Source of the DNA: an uncultured Candidatus Poseidoniales archaeon
GTDB lineage: Archaea; Thermoplasmatota; Poseidoniia; Poseidoniales; Thalassarchaeaceae
Direction of reading: 5' to 3'
Assembly (NCBI GenBank): GCA_902573115.1
Contig: CACGIM010000001.1
Coordinates: 46,396 to 110,395 of the forward strand
DNA length: 64,000 bases
Translations under genes and position numbers: made by a program
Part shown: positions 17,117 to 24,800 of the stretch, one piece after another
How the letters are laid out: each line of letters starts with the position of its first letter
Numbering within the stretch: the first letter of the stretch is position 1
Notes under the pieces: model-generated
Seen by the model: the letters and a program-made list of their open reading frames with translations, nothing else
Told to the model about the DNA's origin: nothing
Databases searched by the model: none

Positions 17117-17142
17117 AAAAAAAACACACAAAGTGTAAAAAA
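17117..17142 (-). terminator. Oligo-T termination signals (T8 and T6 on the minus strand) after the 1,222-aa gene
   Basis: A8 at 17117-17124 and A6 at 17137-17142 on the plus strand, 24-49 nt downstream of the TGA at 17166-17168. Archaeal RNAP terminates at oligo-T runs. Confidence 0.55.
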
Positions 17143-17165
17143 TGCACTTAACCCCTGTAGTATGC

Positions 17166-20100
17166 TCACCAGTCTTCAAAATAATCGTCGTCTGCGGATT
17201 CTTCCCAGGCTTGTTCCTCATCGAATTCTTCGTTTGCACCTCTCCTCCCTAGGAAAAATGCTACAGTGCCAGAAATTACCGAGAATACTACTCCCATACC
17301 GAAAATAGTCGCTTCTGGGTTGAGTCTCAGGTGGTCCATCGTTGTTAGTGGGTTGGCGTTGTCTCCGAGACCGTCAGAATTGCGGTCCTCCCATTCTTGG
17401 GGATCGAATGGAAAAGCGTCTTCTAGGTCAGGGAAACCGTCGTTGTCGTCGTCAGGGTCGATTTCGTCACATGTTTTGTCCCCGTCGAAGTCCTCTGGGA
17501 AATCTGATGCAGCTAGGGGCAATGTACCGCAAGTGACCTCGGTGATGTCGGCCCAACCATCGTCATCATCGTCTGTGTCGGCATTGTCTCCGATACCGTC
17601 ATTGTCTGTGTCCTTGGTCTCGGATCTGTCGAATGGGAATTCGTCGTCAAAGTCGAGGACAAGGTCGCCATCGTCGTCATCATCGAGCTGATCGCAGATC
17701 GCATCCCCGTCAAAGTCGTCTGGAACAGAGTTCGAGTCCCGCGGGTCCGTGATGCAGATGCTTTGCTCATCCGAGTCGCTCCATCCGTCGCCATCATCAT
17801 CATTGTCAGAGTTTGACCCAACGTTGTCTTGATCGAGGTCATCCCACTCATTGGGGTCGTTTGGGAATGCGTCGTTTGTGTCATCCCAAGCGTCATTGTC
17901 GTCGTCGGGGTCGACTAGATCGCAAATACCGTCATTATCCCAGTCATCTGGAACTGATTGCAACTGGAACGGGTTCGTGTCGCAGGATGACTCGTCCGAG
18001 TCGCTCCAACCGTCCCCGTCGTCATCCGTGTCGGCATTGTCCCCTAGGCCGTCACCATCATTGTCGGCCCATTCAGTTGAGTCAAGTGGGAAGGAGTCGG
18101 CGTTGTCTTGGTATCCGTCGTTGTCATCGTCAGGATCGGAGTTGTCGCCGATTCCATCGCCATCTGTATCCGCACTCTCATCCGCAGAGTCCGGGAAAGC
18201 GTCGAATTCATTGTCCGTGCCATCTCCATCAACATCCCCGTCAAGAGGGTCACAGGTCCCGTCGCCATCAGTGTCGTCTGGCACAGAAGACTGGGACAGG
18301 GGGTCGGATAGGCAATCAATCTCGGTTGAGTCCAAGAAACCGTCACCGTCGTCATCACTGTCCGCATTGTCCCCCATCCCGTCATAGTCCGTGTCGTTCC
18401 ACTCCGTCGGGTCATCGTCGAACTCGTCTTGTGTGTTTTCATATCCGTCTCCGTCGATGTCCTCGTCGAGTATGTCGCATGTCCCATCCCCATCGAGGTC
18501 GTTTGGATAAGAAGCCGAGTCGTTGTGATCCGTTCCGCACGAATACTCGTCAGTGTCAGTCCAACCGTCATTGTCATCGTCTGAGTCGGCGTTGTCCCCC
18601 AACCCGTCCCCATCGCTATCCACTGTCTCATTGGCGTCCTGCGGGAATGTGTCGTTGGCGTTGTCCACCCCGTCGCCATCAATATCATCGTCGATGAAAT
18701 CGCATATTCCATCTCCGTCCGTATCCTCTGGAATGCTATTATTGTCATTAGGGTCCGATCCGCACTCGTACTCGACATCATCGTAGTAGCCGTCACCATC
18801 CGCATCCAGTGAGAAGATGCTGAGCGACACATTGTACATCCCACTCATGTAGTAAGCATAGACCTCGATGTATGTGTAGCCGCCCCCTACGTTCGAGCCG
18901 TTGGAAGTGACTGATTGTGGATTATTGTAGTATGAGGAGTCCACTAACGAGTTCGATGAGTCGTAGAGGGATAGCTCGAACGACCCCCCGGAGGTGTATC
19001 CGGGGTCAACTTCAACGTAGATGCCGTGATCAGAGGGAACGTAAACGCCATAGACGTCATAGGAATCTGATCCTGAGTCCGCATAGCCCTCCCAAGTCAT
19101 CCATATGGGGGTCCACGAGGTGTTGTTGGAGACCAAAGTTGCGTTGGTAATATCGTCACCTGCGTCCCCTCCTGAGTATGCGTCGTTCTGATTTAGTCCT
19201 GGAACGTCGGATTGATTGACGAATGTGATGTTGAGCGTGTAGTTCCCCTCGCCACCGCTCGTCCAGGAGCCGGAATATGACTGCACCAAGACGTAGACAG
19301 TGGTATCACTGACGTTTGTGGAACCGCTGCTTACCATCTCTGGATTATTACTTACGCTGGAGTCTATGAGTGTCTGGCTGTTATCGTACAAACCTAAGTC
19401 GAAGTTGTTCGAGGAAATTGGCCACCAAAGCTCGACCTCGATGGCTTGGCCTGTTGGTACCTCGACTTCGTAGAGGTCATTGCCATCCGATGTGTCTGAA
19501 ATCCAACCTTCGTATGATCCGTTGCCTGTGAGGTACAGTGCAGACGAGAACCCGTCCCCGGCATCGCCTCCCGAGTTAGCGTCATTCTGATTGTATGCGG
19601 GTAGGCTGGCCATGTCCGCCATGCCTATTGTGAGGTTGTAGTAGACGCTGACGCCCGAATAGTCGATCACCCTGTAGTATACTGTCGTTCCACCTACAGT
19701 GGACGTGTTTGCAGATACCTCCTCAGGATTGTTGATCGAGCTTGTGCTGCTATCCAGTATGCCACCTGAAGAAGAGTAGAGATACAGGTCGAGATCGTCA
19801 GAACTATTGCCCCATGACAAGGATGCCCATGTTGTATAATTTGAGGGGATTGCTACCGAGTAGTAGTCGTTCTCATCCCATGTCTCGTCAACCCATCCTG
19901 AAATCGTCGTGGAATTCCCGGTTGTATTGATCGAAAGGGCGGAAGTCATGGTGTCGCCCGCATCACCCCCTGAGCCAGCGTCGTTCTGGGATGAACCCGG
20001 TTGTCCAGATGTAGGGAACAGTGTGACGTCAAGTGTGTAATTGCCCTGCGAGCTTCCCGCATAGACCCGGATGTAGACGTAGTCGCCAGCCACATTGGTT

Positions 20101-20834
20101 CCGTTTGATGATACATCGAAGGGAGCGTTGTAGCCATATTCGTAATCGATGTAAGATATGGCCGATGAAATTAGTGACAGTTGGGAATTGGAGGAGTAAT
20201 TGGGGAAACTCATGGCTACGTGCAGTCCACTGTCTGATGGGACAGTTATGTTGTACCAGTCATACAGGTCCCATGAGTCCGATATCCAGCCTTGGACGGT
20301 CTGGTTAGTGGAGTTGATGGTTATCGACCCAGATGGTGAGCTTCCGCTGCCACCTGCATCGGTCCCGGAACCTGCATCGTTCTGGGACGGGGACGCATCT
20401 GGGAATATCCAGATTTGAAGAGTATACTGCCCGGAGCCAGAGTACCAATCGACTTCGACATACACAGTCGTACCACCGACTGGTGTCCCATTGGTAGTGG
20501 CGGACTCTATCTGGTTAGTCGTGTAGCTGTAATCGATTTGGGATCCTGAGGAATCGTAAATGTAAGGGTCGAAGTCTGCGCTGGAAGGTGAGGTAAGTTC
20601 CAGTGAAAGAGCGGTTGAGTTGGGGATGTTGAAGGAGTAATAGTCTGAAGTGTCGCTCCCCGATGTTAGATTGCCATAGTATGTCGCGTTTGCAGCAGGT
20701 AGCGCGGTAGCCGTTCCAGAAGTGCTACCCGCATCGCCCCCCGATCCAGCATCATTAGCGATAGATTGGGCCGAGAACAGGCTGACAATTAATATGCAAG
20801 CCAACAACCTTCCTACGTTGGCCCCACCTGCCAT
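17166..20834 (-). CDS. Large acidic surface protein (1,222 aa): five PPC-like modules, TSP3-type repeats, C-terminal TM helix and acidic tail
   Basis: Signal peptide MAGGANVGRLLACILIVSLFSAQSIA. Five ~125-133-aa modules each start with (Q)NDAxSGxDAG and carry D.YD.Y..v.VP and DLDL.LYD signatures. The second half is DxDxDGxxDxxD loops with Cys-bracketed 40-aa units. TM helix ATIFGMGVVFSVISGTVAFFLG is followed by the tail RRGANEEFDEEQAWEESADDDYFEDW. Confidence 0.9.
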   Translation of the reverse strand: MAGGANVGRLLACILIVSLFSAQSIANDAGSGGDAGSTSGTATALPAANATYYGNLTSGSDTSDYYSFNIPNSTALSLELTSPSSADFDPYIYDSSGSQIDYSYTTNQIESATTNGTPVGGTTVYVEVDWYSGSGQYTLQIWIFPDASPSQNDAGSGTDAGGSGSSPSGSITINSTNQTVQGWISDSWDLYDWYNITVPSDSGLHVAMSFPNYSSNSQLSLISSAISYIDYEYGYNAPFDVSSNGTNVAGDYVYIRVYAGSSQGNYTLDVTLFPTSGQPGSSQNDAGSGGDAGDTMTSALSINTTGNSTTISGWVDETWDENDYYSVAIPSNYTTWASLSWGNSSDDLDLYLYSSSGGILDSSTSSINNPEEVSANTSTVGGTTVYYRVIDYSGVSVYYNLTIGMADMASLPAYNQNDANSGGDAGDGFSSALYLTGNGSYEGWISDTSDGNDLYEVEVPTGQAIEVELWWPISSNNFDLGLYDNSQTLIDSSVSNNPEMVSSGSTNVSDTTVYVLVQSYSGSWTSGGEGNYTLNITFVNQSDVPGLNQNDAYSGGDAGDDITNATLVSNNTSWTPIWMTWEGYADSGSDSYDVYGVYVPSDHGIYVEVDPGYTSGGSFELSLYDSSNSLVDSSYYNNPQSVTSNGSNVGGGYTYIEVYAYYMSGMYNVSLSIFSLDADGDGYYDDVEYECGSDPNDNNSIPEDTDGDGICDFIDDDIDGDGVDNANDTFPQDANETVDSDGDGLGDNADSDDDNDGWTDTDEYSCGTDHNDSASYPNDLDGDGTCDILDEDIDGDGYENTQDEFDDDPTEWNDTDYDGMGDNADSDDDGDGFLDSTEIDCLSDPLSQSSVPDDTDGDGTCDPLDGDVDGDGTDNEFDAFPDSADESADTDGDGIGDNSDPDDDNDGYQDNADSFPLDSTEWADNDGDGLGDNADTDDDGDGWSDSDESSCDTNPFQLQSVPDDWDNDGICDLVDPDDDNDAWDDTNDAFPNDPNEWDDLDQDNVGSNSDNDDDGDGWSDSDEQSICITDPRDSNSVPDDFDGDAICDQLDDDDDGDLVLDFDDEFPFDRSETKDTDNDGIGDNADTDDDDDGWADITEVTCGTLPLAASDFPEDFDGDKTCDEIDPDDDNDGFPDLEDAFPFDPQEWEDRNSDGLGDNANPLTTMDHLRLNPEATIFGMGVVFSVISGTVAFFLGRRGANEEFDEEQAWEESADDDYFEDW
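19152..20756 (-). repeat. Five-fold protein-level tandem array with a ~372-399 nt period, marked by the invariant NDAxSGxDAG loop
   Basis: Motif-encoding sites are at about 20727-20756, 20351-20384, 19953-19988, 19556-19592 and 19152-19193. Confidence 0.8.
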
Positions 20835-20856
20835 GATGCTTCGGTAGCTTGGTGTG

Positions 20857-20864
20857 TATTATAG
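20857..20864 (-). promoter_or_regulatory. TATA-like box (CTATAATA on the minus strand) for the 1,222-aa gene
   Basis: Its centre is ~26 nt upstream of ATG 20834, consistent with a leaderless transcript. Confidence 0.45.
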
Positions 20865-20882
20865 GTTGGCTAAAAATGGTGT

Positions 20883-20907
20883 AAAAATTGCACCGCATAC
20901 GAGTGCA
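20883..20907 (-). terminator. Hairpin plus T5 terminator downstream of hbd
   Basis: On the minus strand: TGCAC, a 9-nt loop, GTGCA (20889-20907), then A and TTTTT (20883-20887). It starts 8 nt after the hbd stop. Confidence 0.5.
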
Positions 20908-20914
20908 TCCCGTT

Positions 20915-21763
20915 TCAATACGCGTAGAATCCTTTGCCTGATTTCCTGCCTATTAGGCCATCTTGGACCATCTCGATCAGCAGGGGTGCGGGAGTGTACT
21001 TGTCATCCCCCAAACCCTCCCTCAGCACTTTCATTATGTGCAGTACAGTGTCAAGCCCGATAAGGTCGGCTAGAGCTAGTGGGCCGATTGGGTGATTCAT
21101 TCCCAGCTTCATGATTCCGTCTATCGCCTCTGGCTCTGCAACGTTCTCCTGCAGGGCAAGTATAGCTTCGTTTATCATGGGCATGAGTATCCTATTGCTG
21201 ACAAAGCCGGGCGAGTCCCTACAAGATAGTGGCGTCTTGCCCATTGACTTAGCTACGGAGATCACCGCGTTGCTAACCTCCTGAGATGTGTCCTTCCCAT
21301 TGATTATTTCAACTAGCTTCATCACAGGAACTGGATTCATGAAGTGCATCCCAATTACTCGTTCCGGACGTGATGTGTGACTGGCTATCTCGTCTATCGA
21401 TATGCTTGATGTGTTGCTGGCTAGGATAGTCGCCTCTTTGCAAATCGAGTCTAGGTCAGAGAAGGTTGAGAACTTCAGTTCTGGTATTTCCGGTATTGCT
21501 TCCACGACTAGGTCACAATCAGCCAGCTTCTCGAGACCGATCGAGGCCTCTATTGAGGACTTGGCCAGCTTGGCATCATCCTCTGCCATATTTCCCTTGG
21601 ATACGAGTCTTTCCAATGACCTATCGATAGCCGCCATTCCCCTATCCAATAGATCCTGATTAACATCAACCATTTTTACTTCTAAGCCACTGCTAGCAGC
21701 TACTTGCGCTATCCCGTTGCCCATTTGTCCAGATCCCACTACGCCCAAAGTTTTGATGGCCAT
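20915..21763 (-). CDS. hbd: 3-hydroxybutyryl-CoA / 3-hydroxyacyl-CoA dehydrogenase
   Basis: 282 aa. N-terminal Rossmann motif [16 protein letters not shown]. Central region [12 protein letters not shown]...[20 protein letters not shown] and C-terminal dimerisation domain [15 protein letters not shown] are typical of the Hbd/FadB C-terminal family. Confidence 0.9.
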   Translation of the reverse strand: MAIKTLGVVGSGQMGNGIAQVAASSGLEVKMVDVNQDLLDRGMAAIDRSLERLVSKGNMAEDDAKLAKSSIEASIGLEKLADCDLVVEAIPEIPELKFSTFSDLDSICKEATILASNTSSISIDEIASHTSRPERVIGMHFMNPVPVMKLVEIINGKDTSQEVSNAVISVAKSMGKTPLSCRDSPGFVSNRILMPMINEAILALQENVAEPEAIDGIMKLGMNHPIGPLALADLIGLDTVLHIMKVLREGLGDDKYTPAPLLIEMVQDGLIGRKSGKGFYAY

Positions 21764-21816
21764 GTACTATCGAAGAGAATTTGGGAAATGAGGTTTGGGT
21801 TCTTATCTTCCGGGAA

Positions 21817-24800
21817 TCAGCGCCTTATCTTTGAGAATCTGATGGATACCGATACAACGATGGAGACCAGTAAAAGCAGGGCTAGGGAGAGCCAAACGAG
21901 CATTGGCCCGTATCCTGTGGCATCTTCTACTGCCCAATCAACCCAATCTTGTTTGATAAGGTAGATTTCTGTTGAGTTGGTATTCTTTGCGTAATCCATT
22001 GAGAACGCCTCTATGGCATGCATACCCGGTTCCCGGGGTATTGAAATGTTAATTTCGAATGTCCCCGATTCTGGACAGGTCAAGTCCCTTGATTCCATTG
22101 GGCTGGTTAGCCTTACCACTAGCCCAGGTTCGCAAGTCCCCAAGATACCCCTAGTTATCGACAGGGGGGATTCTCTGTAGATTTTTTCCGAGAGGCTCAG
22201 AATGGGGGCGATTGAGTCTTTCTCGAGGATGATAGAATAGCTGTCAGTGCTGTCCAAGGAGTCCACTTCAATTGTGAACTCGTTTATTCCCTCGACAAGG
22301 TCCAAAGATAGGACTAGGGTCCTGTCTCCGGGACTAATGGTCCCATTTTCCCCTGTTGTTTTACTATACCACCTTATTTCCTGAGACTGGTGCCTGTCTA
22401 GGACGACTTGTATGGCGTCTAGAGCCACTAGCTCGGGGTTTGAGTCAAACATCGAAGTGTCGTAATCGCTCTCTGGTAACTCGAAATTCCTGCATTCCTC
22501 GAAAGAGTTGTTATTCTCCTGGCCAATAGTCCGGTCGATGGCGTTCAGGCAAAATACTTGCTTTCCAGTATTCGCCAATAGAATTTCGTATGAACCCGAG
22601 GAGCCTGTTTGGACTTCCAAATCTTGGCCGTTGATACTCGCACGCATTGTGACCTCCTCTGATGACCACCAAGAGAGGTTTTGATAATGATCGGATAGCA
22701 CAAATCCGTTTGCGGGCGATAAGCCCCATGAGATTACAGGTTGCATCGAGTCCATGGCAATCTCCCAAGAGCTTGCATGCGAGTTGTTTGCCCAATCCTG
22801 GGTTGAAAACAACATTGTCAGTTCTCCCTCGCCAAGGCCAGCTAAGTCTAGGGGGATGGAAATTGTATCAGTCCTGTCATAATCAATTTGTGTTCGGTTT
22901 ATCTGAGAGCTCTGGTTCACTATAATGGGTGGCTGCTCGGATTCGTGACACTCGAATGTCTGCACCCAGGACTCATAGAGTACACTGAAGCACCATTTTC
23001 TAGTATCAGGTGGTATCTCAAGTTGGATGCTACCGCTGGAGAGGTTTACAGGTTTCAGAAGCTCTTGTTCCCCATAGGAGTACCCTGCCTGATCAATAAT
23101 GGACACAAAATTCACCTCTGACGGTGGATCGGGATCGAAAACCACTTGGAAAGACGAGTTTATTCTGTTCCCCGCCTTATCGGCACTCTCCACTGAGAAT
23201 ACGTTTGAGTTGACGTCGTACAGGAATATGGGGCCATCTGGTCCGTCGAAGTTTCCATTTCGGGACTTCTCAAGTTCAATGCTGTGGTTTGAGGCCCCAG
23301 ATTCGTCAATTTGAAGCACTATTCCATCGAGCGTGAGGGTAGCACCTGGTTCGGTTCGGATGGAGAAGTTCAGGGTTTTCGAGTTAGTTATCCAAGGCAC
23401 ACCGAATATGGCCAAATCCGGAGAAGTGGAGTCGAAAAGTATCGATAAATGGGACTCCGATTGTCTACCAGAGTTGTCCGATACCGATGCATGGAAATGG
23501 AACCACTCCTCAATCTTAGGAAGAGTTGAGTTTATCCAAACCTCCCTGAGAGGGATTAGGCTTGTTTGATTCGCATTCCCGTTCCAGACAGAGGTAAGGT
23601 TGTGACTGGCCCCATTGACATCTGCCCCCCACACGTAATCAGCTTGAAATCTGGTTCCATTAGAGGGCCAATCCCAGGATACATCGGCTAATGAGAATCC
23701 GATCCCTATGTCCCTGACGTGTAAGTTTACCGGCAATGGAGTATTTGATTCGGTGAGGTTTTCGGGCGTTGTGAATGAGATTTCTGGATCGAGTTCCACC
23801 AATTCGTAATTGTAGGGTAGCCTGACTAGTGAACCTCCTTCCAGCTCAACGTCTATGAAGCCAGTCCATAACCCCTCTGAAGGAGGGGTTTCGTAGCTAA
23901 GATTTAGCTGCAGTGCACCTGTTGGGACCTCTCCTGCTAGGGCCTCCGAACCCGAAGGCCAAATCTCGGAAATCTCCGATTCGTTCAGTTTATTGAAGCC
24001 GGTGACATTGAGTGAGTCCCCTGCGATCATCTCTATGTCGATCCAAAATCCTGCAGTTTCACCGCTTACCGACCATCCGTGAACCGCGACCGCATAAAGG
24101 CCGTCTTCTGGATTTGTTACTGATATAGACTCAGAGGAAGTCCCGCTCCAGGATCTAGATACCTCCTCTCCAGAAGTGAAATTTCCATCTCCATCCTCAT
24201 CCCTGAAAAGGAACAAATCTAGGTCTGCGTCCTCGTAAGAGTCCATCTTTATGCTAATCTCAGTTGCGTCTTCTATGGTTATATTTTGCCACCAGGAAGC
24301 GGTCATTTTGTCTCCAGGGTCATCTTGAAACGCTGTCTGATTTGTCAGAATAACTGGTCTCACCCATCCGTGGGATTCTATTTTGCTTACGGGCAGGGGT
24401 ATGGTTGAAACGATAATTGCATCCTCGGATCCGCTAGATTCGGACCAATCTGAAACGGTTTTGCTGAACCCACTGGATTCCGCGGTGATGTACCCCAAGG
24501 ATATGTTTAGTGGGTTGTCGTTTGTCTCTACTCCGTGAAGGGCAGTGTGAAGGACCAACTGGTGGATTCCGGGGGTTGAGGGCACCACGAAAGTCTCCCT
24601 CGAGGTTCCAGTGTAGGTCCCCCAGTTGTGTTGGCCGCTCCCAGCATGATTGTTTACGGATCTCTCCTCGATATAGAAGGTAGTTGGCCCGTATGATTGT
24701 GGGTCTTCTGACGAGTATTCATGTGGCTTTTCTGTCAACCATAGGACGTCTATGTCGGTGAATGGGTTGTCGAGCCAGTCAACATCGAGGATTATTGCCC

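Noticed and set aside
16975-17308. 64-aa and 82-aa ORFs in the AT-rich spacer
   Set aside because: They lie in a terminator/promoter spacer, have an Ile/Asn/Phe/Lys-rich composition dictated by AT richness, and overlap the neighbouring gene's 3' end.
589-20834. Many long ORFs antisense to, or in alternative frames of, the giant genes (e.g. 10197-10985, 10298-10972, 7016-7606, 1376-1990, 11616-12299, 11998-12720, 17813-18697, 18044-18844)
   Set aside because: Their products are monotonous Ser/Pro/Val/Arg/Cys/Thr strings. The GAC/GGC/ACC-rich sense codons simply lack the complements of stop codons. They have no independent start context or motifs.
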